Part shown: positions 38,738 through 48,871 of the stretch, piece by piece
Numbering within the stretch: the stretch's first letter is position 1
Layout: the number at the start of each line of letters is the position of its first letter
Assembly (NCBI GenBank): GCA_965202665.1
Contig: OZ241841.1
Span: 2,112,001 to 2,176,000, forward strand
DNA: 64,000 bases
Source of the DNA: Candidatus Spongiisociaceae bacterium
GTDB lineage: Bacteria; Actinomycetota; Acidimicrobiia; Spongiisociales; Spongiisociaceae
Reading direction: 5' to 3'
Translations under genes and position numbers: made by a program
The notes under the pieces: generated by a model
The model's input: the letters and a program-made list of their open reading frames with translations, nothing else
What the model was told of the DNA's origin: nothing
Databases searched by the model: none

Positions 38738-39264
38738 TGCGCGTTTTGTCTTTCACCCGGGACGCCAATTACCCGCCGGAGGGCCGGGAGGACGGCGCCC
38801 CCGCCTTCTTGGAATGGGAGGCCTCCCAGCGCTACCGGCACGCCCTGGGCAGCAACGGCCCCTTCTACCGGGGTTTGGCGGAGGGCAGGCTGCGGGCCAG
38901 CCGATGCCGGGAGTGCGGGACTTCTTGGTTCCCCCCTTCTCCTTTCTGCCGCAAAGACCTCCGCCCCGCCGAATGGCGCGACCTGCCCGGAACCGGGCGC
39001 ATCGTCTCGGCGGCGGTGGTGCACAGCCCCCCGCCGTTCGGGGGGATACGGGCCCCCTATGTGCTGGCCGCCATCCGCTTGGACGGGGCCGAGGGAGGAA
39101 TAACCCACCGGGTGGCCGGGGACGCCGCCCCCCGGCACGGGGCTCCGGTGCGGGCCCGGTTCGGGGCCCCGGAAGGGGAGGCCCACCCTTTGCTGGGATT
39201 GTTCTTCGAAGTCGAAGAAGCCGCAAACGGCCCGGAGCCCGCGGAGGGAGAGGGGAAAAAATGA
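38737..39264 (+). CDS. DUF35 Zn-ribbon/OB-fold thiolase partner
   Basis: GRLRASRCRECGTSWFPP..FC, GTGRIVS, APYVLAAIRLDG. Confidence 0.85.
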   Translation: MRVLSFTRDANYPPEGREDGAPAFLEWEASQRYRHALGSNGPFYRGLAEGRLRASRCRECGTSWFPPSPFCRKDLRPAEWRDLPGTGRIVSAAVVHSPPPFGGIRAPYVLAAIRLDGAEGGITHRVAGDAAPRHGAPVRARFGAPEGEAHPLLGLFFEVEEAANGPEPAEGEGKK

Positions 39265-40103
39265 GCCGCCCGGTCGGGATAGAAATTTTTTACTGGCTGG
39301 ACAGCTGGTCGGACGAGCAGTCCTCGGTGTTTCACAAGGCGGCCGCCGCCGGATACGACGGGGTGGAGATTTCGCTGGTGGCCGGGCTGGAGATGGACAT
39401 TCCCCTCATCGCCCGCACCGCCGCCGAGCACGGCCTGACGGTGCTGTGCAGCACCGGCCTTTCCCCGGAGATGGACATTTCCAGCCCGGTGTCCGACGTG
39501 CGGCGGGCGGGAGTGGATCATTTGCGCCGGTGCTTGGAGCAGGCGGCCGAGTTGGGCAGCCCCATCCTGGGCGGGGTCACCTACGCCACTTGGATGGGTT
39601 TCCCGGAGCGGGACCACGACGGCTATCGGGAGCGGTCGGCGGAAACCCTGGCCGAAGTGGCCCCCTACGCCCGGCGGCTGGGAGTGGACATCTGCCTGGA
39701 GGTGCTCAACCGGTTCGAGACTTTTATGTTCAACACGGTATCCGACTGCCTCCGTTTCATAGACATGGTGGGCGAGGAGGGCGTGCTGGCGGAGCTGGAC
39801 ACTTTCCATATGAACATGGAAGAAGACGACTTGGCCGACGCGGTGCGCCGGGCGGCGGGGCGCATCGGGCATGTGCAGGTGGCGGCCAACAACCGGCGGG
39901 CCCCCCAGTACGGGCACATCGACTGGACGGCTTTCCGGGCGGCCTTGGACGAGGCGGGATACGGGGGGTGGGTGGTGTTTGAAACCTTCCCCAACTCGCG
40001 GGCCGAAACCGGCCGGGCCACCTACGCCTGGCGGGATCTGACCGACGACCCGGACGGCGACGCGGCGCAGGCGGCGGCTTTCATCCGGGAGCGCCTGGCA
40101 TGA
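39261..40103 (+). CDS. D-tagatose/D-psicose 3-epimerase family protein
   Basis: GYDGVEI, LEVLNRFET, LDTFHMNMEE, GHVQ, NNRRAP, VFETF. Confidence 0.85.
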   Translation: MSRPVGIEIFYWLDSWSDEQSSVFHKAAAAGYDGVEISLVAGLEMDIPLIARTAAEHGLTVLCSTGLSPEMDISSPVSDVRRAGVDHLRRCLEQAAELGSPILGGVTYATWMGFPERDHDGYRERSAETLAEVAPYARRLGVDICLEVLNRFETFMFNTVSDCLRFIDMVGEEGVLAELDTFHMNMEEDDLADAVRRAAGRIGHVQVAANNRRAPQYGHIDWTAFRAALDEAGYGGWVVFETFPNSRAETGRATYAWRDLTDDPDGDAAQAAAFIRERLA

Positions 40104-41116
40104 CCCCCCGCACCCGCTGGTTCCTCAACGACCCCGCCGAGGCGGTGGGGGAGATGCTGGAAGGCTACGCCGCCGTCCATAAGGACAAGATCCGGCTGGA
40201 GGGGGGAATGGTGGTGCGGGCCCGCCCCAAAGAGGAAGGCAAGGTGGGGGTGGTGATCGGCAACGGCTCCGGGCACGAACCGGCCATGATCGGCTGGGTG
40301 GGGGAGGGCCTGTTGGACGTGAACGTCCCCGGCCCCATTTTTTCCTCCCCCGGCCCGTCCGCCATCGCCCGGGGAATCCGGGCGGCAGACCGGGGGGCGG
40401 GGGTTTTGCTGTTGGCGTCCAGCCACGCCGGGGACATCATCAACGCCGAAATGGCCATGGCGGAAGCCGCCGAAGCCGGAGCGGAGGCGGAGATGGCCGT
40501 GCTCTACGACGATGTGGCCTCCGCCCCCCCGGAGCGGATGGAGGAGCGGCGGGGCGGGGCGGGCCTGTTTTTCGCCTGGAAGATGATCGGGGCGGCGGCC
40601 GAAGAGGGCCGCCCTTTGGCGGAATGCGTACGGGTGGCGGAGAAGGCGCGGGCCAATATCCGTTCCATCTCGGCCGCGATGGGCGCGGTGGCCCACCCGG
40701 TGAGCGGAACCCCCCTGGGCGGCCCGGACCGGGGCGGCCTGTCGGTGGGAATGGGGGTGCACGGGGAACCGGGGACGCGGGTGGGCGAAGAAGCCTCCGC
40801 CGACGAAATAGCCGAACTGCTGGCGGGCCGGCTGGCCGACGACCTGGGCCTGGCCGGGGGGGATGAGGTGGGGACGTTGCTGAACAACGCCGGGTCGCTG
40901 ACTTTGATGGAGTTGTCGGTGTTGCACCGCGGCGCGGCGGCCGCCCTGGCCCGGCGGGGGGCGGAGCCGGTGCGGTCCTGGATGGGCCCCTACGCCACCA
41001 CTTTGGACATGACCGGGTTCGCCCTGGCCCTGTGCCGAATGGACGAAGAGTTGCTGGCCTTGTACGACGCCCCGGCCGACGGAGCGGGTTTCACGATGCG
41101 GGGGGGCGGGAGATGA
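40100..41116 (+). CDS. dhaK: DhaK family kinase substrate-binding subunit
   Basis: GNGSGHEPA, GPIFSSP, DDVAS, RRGGAG, GMGVHGEPG, TTLDMTG. Confidence 0.88.
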   Translation: MTPRTRWFLNDPAEAVGEMLEGYAAVHKDKIRLEGGMVVRARPKEEGKVGVVIGNGSGHEPAMIGWVGEGLLDVNVPGPIFSSPGPSAIARGIRAADRGAGVLLLASSHAGDIINAEMAMAEAAEAGAEAEMAVLYDDVASAPPERMEERRGGAGLFFAWKMIGAAAEEGRPLAECVRVAEKARANIRSISAAMGAVAHPVSGTPLGGPDRGGLSVGMGVHGEPGTRVGEEASADEIAELLAGRLADDLGLAGGDEVGTLLNNAGSLTLMELSVLHRGAAAALARRGAEPVRSWMGPYATTLDMTGFALALCRMDEELLALYDAPADGAGFTMRGGGR

Positions 41117-41763
41117 GGGCGGTGGACGCGGGGTGGGCGGTGCGGATGGCGGAGGCGGCCGCCCGGCGGGTGGCGGAGCGGGAAGAGGAACTGTCCCGCT
41201 TGGACGGGGCGGCCGGGGACGGCGACCACGGGGCGAACATGACCGCCGCCTTCGCCGAAGCCCGCCTCCGTTTGGAGCGGCGCCCCCCCGCCGGGCCGTC
41301 CGGGGCGTGGCGGGCGGCGAGCGGGGCTTTTCTGGAAAAAGTAGGGGGCGCGGCCGGCGGCCTGTTCGGGGCTTTCTTCGCCGCCGCCGCCGCCGCCGTG
41401 GCCGGCCAAGACGAGGCGGGTCCCGGCCTTTTGGCCGCCGCCTGGCGCCGGGGTTTGGATCAGGTGCGGCGGGCCGGTCGGGCCGCCCCCGGCCAGAAGA
41501 CGATGCTGGACGCCCTGGCCCCGGCGGTGAAAGCGGCCGAGGAGGCCGCAGCCTCCGGGGAGGACGCCGCCGCCGTCTTGCGGGTAGCCGCCCAAGCCGC
41601 CCGCCGGGGAGCGGAGGCCACCGCCGAAATGCGGGCCGCCGCCGGGCGGGCCCGCTACGCCCCCGACCGCAGCCAGGGCCTGCCCGATCCGGGGGCGGTG
41701 ACCGTCGCCCTGATGTTCGAAGCTTGGGCGGAAACCGCCCCCCGGCCGGCGGAGGCGGTATGA
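41113..41763 (+). CDS. dhaL: DhaL family kinase nucleotide-binding subunit
   Basis: LDGAAGDGDHG, GGAAG, GQKTMLDAL, GRARY, PDPGA. Confidence 0.9.
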   Translation: MRAVDAGWAVRMAEAAARRVAEREEELSRLDGAAGDGDHGANMTAAFAEARLRLERRPPAGPSGAWRAASGAFLEKVGGAAGGLFGAFFAAAAAAVAGQDEAGPGLLAAAWRRGLDQVRRAGRAAPGQKTMLDALAPAVKAAEEAAASGEDAAAVLRVAAQAARRGAEATAEMRAAAGRARYAPDRSQGLPDPGAVTVALMFEAWAETAPRPAEAV

Positions 41764-43196
41764 AAGAAAGACTGCGCCTGGGCTACGCCGGGGTGGCCTT
41801 CCCCACCTACTACGCCGACGAGCACAACCAGTACCGCCGGGCCATCGACGGCTTGGAGAAACTGGCCGGGGAAATGGATTTCGACCTGACCGCGGTCGAC
41901 GGGGCGGTGGCCGACGTGCCCGCCGCCCAGACCGCCGCCGCCCGCTTGGCGGACGCCGGAGTGGATTTCCTGCTGTTGCAGGCGGCCGCCTGCGCCTCCG
42001 GCGAGATGCTGGAGCCTTTCACCCGGGCCGCCCCCCGCCTGGGCTTGTGGGCCACCCCCGAACCGACCCTGGCGGGTTCCATACAGTTGCATTCGCTGGT
42101 GTCGGTCAACCATTACGCCTCCATCATCCGCCGTCACCTGCGGGAGCGGGGCGTCCCTTTCAAATGGTTTTTCGGCCACATCGAAGACCCCGGCTTCGAC
42201 CGCCGCCTGCGGGTGACCGTCCGCGCCCTGCAGGGAATCAAGGCGATGAGTTCGGCCCGCATCGGATGGATCGGCGGCATCTCCCCCGGTTTTTACAACA
42301 TGAACTTCGACGAAGGGATGCTGCGGGAACGGTTCGGGACGACGATCGGAACTCACGACATCTCCGAAGTGGTGGAACGGGCCGAGTCTTTCCACCCCGC
42401 CCGGGCCGCTTCGGTGGTGCGGACCGCGGTGGAGGTCGCCGACGAAGTCACCGCCCCCGAACTGGGCATGGAGCGCAACGCCCGCCTCTACCTGGCCTTG
42501 CAGGAGTTGGCGGCCGAAGAAGGCTACGACGCCCTGGCCGTGCAATGCTGGCCGTCTTTCCAGGAGGAATACCATATCGCCCCTTGCATGGCCTACAGCC
42601 TGCTGGGTTCCGAAGACGGGATGGCCGTTTCCTGCGAAGGGGACGTGCCCGGTTCGGTGTCCATGCTGCTGATGAATTCCATGTCGCCCCGGAGCGGGTC
42701 CTCCACCCTCCTGGACCTGACCTGCCTGGACCCGGACAACGACGCCATCCTGTTCTGGCACTGCGGGGTGTCCCCCCGCCATTTCGGGGCGGGCAACGGC
42801 ATCCGCTGGGTGGACCACGTCACGCTGGGGCGCAAGTCGGATGTCCGCTACGGGGTGTCGGGGGATCTGCTGTTCGCCCCCCAGACGGCCACCATCGCCT
42901 ACGCCGGCGACCAGTTCCGGGAAATGTTCATCGCCACCGCCCAAGTGGTGGAAACCGGCAATCCCGGCTTCGACGGCACCCGGGGCTGGTTCTCGCAGTT
43001 CCGGCTCAACGGGGAGCCGATCGGGTTGATGGATCTGGTCAACACCGCCATCGTCGGCGGTCATGAACATCATTACGCGGTGGCCCAGGGCGACCTGTCC
43101 TCGGAGCTGGCGGAGGCGGCCGCCTGGCTGGGCATGAGCGCCACCCGCCCGGTTCCGATGCGGGATTACCTGCAGTTGGAGGGGGTGAACGCGTGA
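41760..43196 (+). CDS. L-fucose/D-arabinose isomerase-like protein
   Basis: DALAVQCW, SCEGD, FWHCG, GHEHHYA. Confidence 0.75.
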   Translation: MKERLRLGYAGVAFPTYYADEHNQYRRAIDGLEKLAGEMDFDLTAVDGAVADVPAAQTAAARLADAGVDFLLLQAAACASGEMLEPFTRAAPRLGLWATPEPTLAGSIQLHSLVSVNHYASIIRRHLRERGVPFKWFFGHIEDPGFDRRLRVTVRALQGIKAMSSARIGWIGGISPGFYNMNFDEGMLRERFGTTIGTHDISEVVERAESFHPARAASVVRTAVEVADEVTAPELGMERNARLYLALQELAAEEGYDALAVQCWPSFQEEYHIAPCMAYSLLGSEDGMAVSCEGDVPGSVSMLLMNSMSPRSGSSTLLDLTCLDPDNDAILFWHCGVSPRHFGAGNGIRWVDHVTLGRKSDVRYGVSGDLLFAPQTATIAYAGDQFREMFIATAQVVETGNPGFDGTRGWFSQFRLNGEPIGLMDLVNTAIVGGHEHHYAVAQGDLSSELAEAAAWLGMSATRPVPMRDYLQLEGVNA

Positions 43197-44089
43197 ACGG
43201 CCGCCTGCAACGTTCCGCCACCGACACCGGCCGCTTCGCCATCCTGGCCTTGGACCATGTCCGTTCTTTCGCCGCCGCGGTGCGGCCCGCCGACCCCGAT
43301 TCGGTCGCCCCCGAGTTTCTGCGGGAGGCTAAAACCCGGCTCCTGTCCGGATTGGGGGAGCGGGCCAGCGCGGTGCTGGTGGATCCCGTTTTCTGGAGCG
43401 GTCTGCCCCCGGAGAGCCGCCGCCCGGCCAACGGGGCGGGGATCGTGCTGGGCATCGAGGACGGCGACTACCACCGGGCGGCCGCCGCCCCCCGGCTGTT
43501 GCCCGGGTGGGATGCGGAACGGGCGGCCCGGATGGGGGCGGACGCGGTAAAGATTTCCTTCTACTACGACCCGGACGGGGACAGCCCCGCCCCGGACCGT
43601 TTCCTGGCCGAGGCGGCGGCCCAGTGCCGGGCGGCCGACATGCCTTTGTTCTGCGAACCGCTGGCCCTGAACGGAGACCCGCGGGCCCGGCGGCGGGCGG
43701 TGCTGGAAGGGGTGCGCCGTTTCGGGGAGTCGGGGGCGGACGTGCTGAAAGTGCAGTTCCCGGGGGAGTTGCGCCCCGACGCCCCCCGCGGCGCCTGGGA
43801 GGAGGCGTGCCGGGAAGTTAACGACGCAAGTCCGGTACCCTGGACGGTGCTGTCCGAAGGCTCCGACTTCCGCCTGTTCGCCGACTGCCTGCGCGTTGCC
43901 TGCCGGGCCGGGGCTTCCGGATTCATGGCGGGGCGGGCGGTGTGGCGGGAGGCCGCCTCCGGCGAGGGCGACATGGAAACCTGCTCCGCCCGGCTGGACG
44001 GCCTGCGGGCCATAGCCGAAGGGGAAGGGGCCGACTGGCGGGACAAGTCCCCGGTCGGATCAGCCCGCCCCGGAGAGGGAGGAAAATGA
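43193..44089 (+). CDS. Class I aldolase, LacD (tagatose-bisphosphate)/YihT family
   Basis: ILALDH, SAVLVDP, GADAVK, GADVLKVQFP, PWTVLS, GASGFMAGRAVW. Confidence 0.85.
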   Translation: MNGRLQRSATDTGRFAILALDHVRSFAAAVRPADPDSVAPEFLREAKTRLLSGLGERASAVLVDPVFWSGLPPESRRPANGAGIVLGIEDGDYHRAAAAPRLLPGWDAERAARMGADAVKISFYYDPDGDSPAPDRFLAEAAAQCRAADMPLFCEPLALNGDPRARRRAVLEGVRRFGESGADVLKVQFPGELRPDAPRGAWEEACREVNDASPVPWTVLSEGSDFRLFADCLRVACRAGASGFMAGRAVWREAASGEGDMETCSARLDGLRAIAEGEGADWRDKSPVGSARPGEGGK

Positions 44090-45180
44090 CCGACTTTCCC
44101 GTGTTGGACGAGGCCGCCCGGTTGCGGATGATGGAGGACCGGCCGGGGCCGGTGCGGGTCCTGTTCGACACCGACGCCGCCAACGAAATCGACGACCAGT
44201 TCGCCCTGGCGTGGGCTTTGCTGTCCCCCGACCGGCTGCAGGTGGAGGCGGCGGTGGCCGAACCGTTCTCCTTCGCCCATCTCCGCCCCGCCCTGCTGGA
44301 GGCGGCCGCCGCCGAACGACGGGGGGAGCGCACGGAGAACGTGGACAGCGCCCGCAAATGGGCCGCCAACCTGCTGCGGCAGGGCATGGACCCGGAGGAG
44401 TTGGAGTTCGTAACCCCCGCCCGGGGAATGGAACTGTCCTACCGGGAGATACATACCGTTTACGAAAAGCTGGGGCTGTCCGCCGCCGGTTCGGCCCACC
44501 GGGGGGCGGACCGCTACATGACCGCCCCCGACGTCCCGGTGGAAAGCGAGGGGGCTCACCGCATCATCGAGGCCGCCTTGGCCGACGAGGAGAGGCCCCT
44601 GTTCGTGGCCGCCATCGGGTGCGTCACCAACGTGGCCTCCGCCCTGTTGATGGCCCCCGAAATCGCCGCCCGCATGGTCGTCACCTGGACTTCCGGTTAC
44701 CCGACTTGGACCGACTTCTCCAACCGGCCTTCTTTGAACCTGGTGCAGGACCCGCACGCCTCCCGCTTGCTGTTCGACTCGGGCGTTCCGTTGGTTTACC
44801 TCCCCGGCTATCATATCGGAGCGCAACTGCGGTTCTCCGGGCCGGAGATGGAAAGATGGGTGGCGGGCAAAGGGGCGATAGGCGATTACCTCCACCACCT
44901 GTACACCCACAATCCCATTCACGCCCAGCGGGGGATACGGCCTTTCCCCGGCCAGTCGTGGGTGATCTGGGATCTGATCAACGTGGCCTGGCTGCTGGAA
45001 CGGGACTGGGTTCCCTGCCGCACCGCCCGCACCCCCCGTTTGGGGGAGGACCTGCGGTGGCGCCCCTGTCCGGACGGGCCGCTGATGATGGAGGCCTGCG
45101 AGATCGACCGGGACGCCATTTTCAAAGACCTGATAGCCAAATTGGACGATCAGGACCGGATACTGGAGGTGTACAAATGA
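44086..45180 (+). CDS. Nucleoside hydrolase family protein
   Basis: DTDAANEIDD Asp motif, AIGCVTNVASAL, NLVQD, VIWD. Confidence 0.85.
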   Translation: MTDFPVLDEAARLRMMEDRPGPVRVLFDTDAANEIDDQFALAWALLSPDRLQVEAAVAEPFSFAHLRPALLEAAAAERRGERTENVDSARKWAANLLRQGMDPEELEFVTPARGMELSYREIHTVYEKLGLSAAGSAHRGADRYMTAPDVPVESEGAHRIIEAALADEERPLFVAAIGCVTNVASALLMAPEIAARMVVTWTSGYPTWTDFSNRPSLNLVQDPHASRLLFDSGVPLVYLPGYHIGAQLRFSGPEMERWVAGKGAIGDYLHHLYTHNPIHAQRGIRPFPGQSWVIWDLINVAWLLERDWVPCRTARTPRLGEDLRWRPCPDGPLMMEACEIDRDAIFKDLIAKLDDQDRILEVYK

Positions 45181-46229
45181 AGGCGGCGCTGCTTCATCCC
45201 GGCGACGGGAGGCGCATAACCATCGAAGAGCGCCCCCGCCCTTTCCCCGGCGCCCGGCGGGTGCTGGTGGCCCCGCGGGCGGTGGGCGTCTGCGGTTCCG
45301 ACCTGCACTATTACCGGGACGGCCGAATCGGGGAGTGGGTAATCGAAAACCCCCACATTCTGGGGCATGAGTTCGCCGGGGTGGTGGCGGAGGCGGGACG
45401 GGGGGTGGAGTCGGTGCGGAAAGGCGACCGGGTGACGGTGGAGCCCATCATCAACTGCGGGGAATGCGACCCCTGCCGCAGCGGCCTCTACAACCTGTGC
45501 CGGGATTTCCGCTTCATCGGCTCCCCCCACACCGACGGGGCCCTGGCCGGGTTCGTGTCGGTGCCCGCCTCTTCCGTCCATCCCCTGCCCCCGGGGATGT
45601 CCATGGAGCTGGGGGCCCTGGTGGAGCCCACTTCCATCGCGGTGCACGCCGTGCGCCGCAGCGACCTGCGGGGCGGGGAGATCGCCATGGTCATCGGAGC
45701 GGGACCCATCGGGCTGCTCATCGCGGCGACCGCCCTCACCTACGGGGCGGCCGGGGTGTTCGCCTTGGACATCAACAAGCGCCGCCTGCGGGCCGCGGAG
45801 AAACTGGGGGCGTGGCCGGTGGACGTTTCCCGTGACATCCCCACCGAAAAACTGTTGGCCAAAACGGAACCGGACGGGCTGGACGTGGTGTACGAGGCGG
45901 TGGGCGGCCCGGTCACTTTGGAGACCGCCTTGCAGGTGGTGCGGCCCGGGGGCAAAGTGGTGGCGGTGGGGGTGTGCTCCGAAGAGAGGATTCCGTTCAA
46001 CCTGATGCTGGCCCAGTCCCGGGAGGCCGACGTCATCCCCGTCTTCCTGGGCCGGGACGCCTTCCCGGAGGCCATCGAACTGTTGTCGTCGGGCGCGGTG
46101 GACGGCGAAGTCCTGCTGGGGGAGCCGTTCCCGTTGGAGCAGACCGATCTGGCCATTCAGATGGCGGCCGCCGGGGCGGACGGCCCCATCAAAATAATGA
46201 TCCGGCCCAGCCGGGAAGGGGAAGGTTGA
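45177..46229 (+). CDS. Zn-dependent polyol dehydrogenase (sorbitol DH-like)
   Basis: GVCGSDLH, ILGHEFAG, CGECDPC...NLC, GAGPIG. Confidence 0.9.
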   Translation: MKAALLHPGDGRRITIEERPRPFPGARRVLVAPRAVGVCGSDLHYYRDGRIGEWVIENPHILGHEFAGVVAEAGRGVESVRKGDRVTVEPIINCGECDPCRSGLYNLCRDFRFIGSPHTDGALAGFVSVPASSVHPLPPGMSMELGALVEPTSIAVHAVRRSDLRGGEIAMVIGAGPIGLLIAATALTYGAAGVFALDINKRRLRAAEKLGAWPVDVSRDIPTEKLLAKTEPDGLDVVYEAVGGPVTLETALQVVRPGGKVVAVGVCSEERIPFNLMLAQSREADVIPVFLGRDAFPEAIELLSSGAVDGEVLLGEPFPLEQTDLAIQMAAAGADGPIKIMIRPSREGEG

Positions 46230-47236
46230 TGGCCAAAATGTGGTTCGACGCCGACGCCGACCCGGCCCACATCCGGGGCAAGGTCATAGCCGTGGTCGGG
46301 TTCGGCAACCAGGGACGGGCCCAGGCCCTCAACCTGCGCGACTCCGGTTTGGAAGTCATCGTGGGCAGCCGCCCCGACTCCTCCTACGAGCAGGCCGCCG
46401 CCGACGGGTTCACGGTGGTTCCGGTGGCGGAGGCCGTTTCCCGGGCGGATGTGGTGTTTTTCCTGGTTCCGGACGAGGTGATGCCGCAGGTGTTCGAAGC
46501 CGACATCCGCCCCGGCCTGCGGGCGGGCGACATGCTGGTGTTCGCCAGCGGCTACAACATCGCCTTCGACCTGATTACCCCCCCGCCGGACGCGGACGTG
46601 GTTCTCATCGCCCCCCGGATGATCGGGGCCGGGGTGCGGGAAACCTTTTTGAGCGGGGAAGGCTTCCCCAGTTTGGCGGCGGTGCATCAGGCGGCCACCC
46701 CCCTGGCCTGGGAGCGCACCCTGGCCCTCTGCCGGGGAATCGGCTCCACCCGCATGGGGGTCATCGAATCCAGTTTCCTGGAGGAGGCCACGGTGGACCT
46801 GTTCGCCGAACAGGTGGGATACCTGTACGCGGTGCGCCGCTACTGCGAGGTTTTGGTGGAGGCGGGATGCAGCCCGGAGGCGGCCATGCTGGAGTTTTAC
46901 GCCTCCGGGGAGATGGTGGAAACCTCCAAGGCCTACCGGGACATCGGTTTGTGGGATCAGATCGTCCTCCATTCCCGCACCAGCCAGTACGGGCAGGAGG
47001 TGACCGCCCGGCTGTCGGCGACGGAGGAGGAGGCCGAGCGGGAGCGGTTGCGGGGGATCATCGCCCGCATTCAGGACGGAACTTTCGCCCGCCGCTGGTC
47101 GGCGGAGCAGGCGGCCGGCTTCCCCGAATTCGACCAGGTGCGGTCCGAGAACATGAACCATCCCCTGCGGGCCGCGGAACGCCGTCTGTACCAGACGCTG
47201 GGCCGGACGGGGGAGGAGGTTCCGGCGGGCGGCTAG
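46229..47236 (+). CDS. Ketol-acid reductoisomerase-like protein (IlvC paralog)
   Basis: GFGNQGRAQALNLRDSG, LVPDE, FASG, IAPRMIG, EEATVDLFAEQ, HSRTSQYG. Confidence 0.85.
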   Translation: MAKMWFDADADPAHIRGKVIAVVGFGNQGRAQALNLRDSGLEVIVGSRPDSSYEQAAADGFTVVPVAEAVSRADVVFFLVPDEVMPQVFEADIRPGLRAGDMLVFASGYNIAFDLITPPPDADVVLIAPRMIGAGVRETFLSGEGFPSLAAVHQAATPLAWERTLALCRGIGSTRMGVIESSFLEEATVDLFAEQVGYLYAVRRYCEVLVEAGCSPEAAMLEFYASGEMVETSKAYRDIGLWDQIVLHSRTSQYGQEVTARLSATEEEAERERLRGIIARIQDGTFARRWSAEQAAGFPEFDQVRSENMNHPLRAAERRLYQTLGRTGEEVPAGG

Positions 47237-47401
47237 GAGATTTTGCGCAACACGGCGATTAATTGCCATTATCTAAAGAAAAGGAGGAAAGAAAAAACCG
47301 AATTTAATATGACGGCGGCCTTTACGAGGGGATAGTATGAGAAAAGGCTTCCCGGAGGCCGCGCCGGTCTTAGATAAAAACAACCCAAGGAGGCAAATCA
47401 A

Positions 47402-48802
47402 ATGAGATACGGAAAATTGCTAAAGGCCTCGGCGCTGGTGTTCGTCCTCGCCTTGGCGGCGACGGCGTGCACCCGCACCGAGACCGTGACCGAGACCGTG
47501 GAGGTTACGGTACCCGGTGAAACCGTGGTGGTCACGTCGCTGGTGACCGAGGAGGTGGAGGTGCCGGGCGAGACCGTGGTGGTTACCGAGACCGTGGTGG
47601 TCACCGAACCGCAGACGGGCCCCACCGGCGCCGGACTGCTGGACCTGGACAACTCCGAACTGGGCGGCATGACCTGGGACGACATCGTGGCCGCCGCCGA
47701 CGGCAGCCGGGTGAACTGGTTCATGTGGGGCGGCAGCGCGGTGATCAACGCCTACGTCAACGAATGGGTGGCCGAAGAGGCCAAAAACCGCTACAACATC
47801 GACTTGAACCAGGTTCGCATCACCGACACCGTGAACGCGGTGGACACGGTGCTCAGCGAAACCCAGGCCGGCGAGTTTACTTCCGGTTCCATTGATCTGA
47901 TCTGGATCAACGGTGAGAACTTCAAGACGATGAAACAGGGCGGCCTGTTGTTCTGCGGCTACTGGGACGTCATGCCCGCCATGTCAAACGTTGAGCAGGA
48001 CGCCGGGCACATCGCCTATGACTTCGGGACCCCGGTGGAGGAATGCGAAGTGCCGTGGAACTTGGCCCAGTCGGCCGTGTTCTACAACAGCGACTTGGTA
48101 CCGGAACCGCCCGCCGACTTGGACGCCCTGCTGGAGGCGGCCTGCGCCAACCCGGGCTCCTTCACCTATCCGGCCCCGCCCGACTTCACCGGCAGCGTGT
48201 TCGTGCGGCACGTGTTCTACGACGTGGCCAACGACATCCTGCCCGGCGGATACCAGGACATGGTGGGAATCCCCTTCGATCAGGCCATGTACGATCAGGT
48301 GGCCCAGGCCACTTGGGATCGCCTGAACGAGTTGGAGCCGTGCCTGTGGCGGAGCGGATCCACCTACCCGGTGGACCAGCCCGCTTTGGAACAGCTGTAT
48401 TCCAACTCGGAGGTGAGCCACTTCCTGGCCTACGGCCCGGCTTCCGCCGGTTCCAAGGTGGACAACGGCACCTTCCCGGAGAGCACCCGCACCTACGGGT
48501 TGTCAAGCGGGCAGATCGGCAACACCAACTTCGTAGCCATTCCCTACAACTCCCCCAACAAGGCGGCCACCCTGGTGGTGGCGGACCTGCTGCTGAGCGT
48601 GGACGCCCAGTTGCAGAAGGCCTACCCGGACGTGTGGGGCCAGATCAACGTGTTGAACGCCGCCAGCCAGTCGGCCTTCGCGGACGTGCCCCGGCATCCG
48701 TCGGTGGTGGACCCGGCCGATGTCATCGGCCTGCCCGAGTTGCAGGGCGACTGGGTTCCCAAGATCGAGGAAGGCTGGGTAGCCAACGTAGCCGAGCAAT
48801 AA
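47402..48802 (+). CDS. ABC substrate-binding lipoprotein, YnjB-like
   Basis: Lipobox ATAC, V/T/E-rich repeats (VPGETVVVT), MWGGS, DLIWINGENF, FTYPAPPDFTG, GNTNFVAIPYN. Confidence 0.85.
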   Translation: MRYGKLLKASALVFVLALAATACTRTETVTETVEVTVPGETVVVTSLVTEEVEVPGETVVVTETVVVTEPQTGPTGAGLLDLDNSELGGMTWDDIVAAADGSRVNWFMWGGSAVINAYVNEWVAEEAKNRYNIDLNQVRITDTVNAVDTVLSETQAGEFTSGSIDLIWINGENFKTMKQGGLLFCGYWDVMPAMSNVEQDAGHIAYDFGTPVEECEVPWNLAQSAVFYNSDLVPEPPADLDALLEAACANPGSFTYPAPPDFTGSVFVRHVFYDVANDILPGGYQDMVGIPFDQAMYDQVAQATWDRLNELEPCLWRSGSTYPVDQPALEQLYSNSEVSHFLAYGPASAGSKVDNGTFPESTRTYGLSSGQIGNTNFVAIPYNSPNKAATLVVADLLLSVDAQLQKAYPDVWGQINVLNAASQSAFADVPRHPSVVDPADVIGLPELQGDWVPKIEEGWVANVAEQ

Positions 48803-48811
48803 GCGGAAACC

Positions 48812-48852
48812 CGTTTGGCGGCGCGCCCCTCCGGGGGCCGCGCCGCCAAACG
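48812..48852 (+). terminator. Perfect 14-bp hairpin between SBP and permease (stabiliser or attenuator)
   Basis: cgtttggcggcgcg / cgcgccgccaaacg; no U tail. Confidence 0.55.
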
Positions 48853-48871
48853 CCCGCCTTACGGCCCGTCC

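Noticed and set aside
34149-44089. Canonical sulfoglycolysis cluster (sulfatase + YihT-like aldolase)
   Set aside because: No sulfoquinovosidase, YihS-type isomerase, PfkB kinase or SLA reductase recognisable; sulfatases cleave esters, not sulfonates
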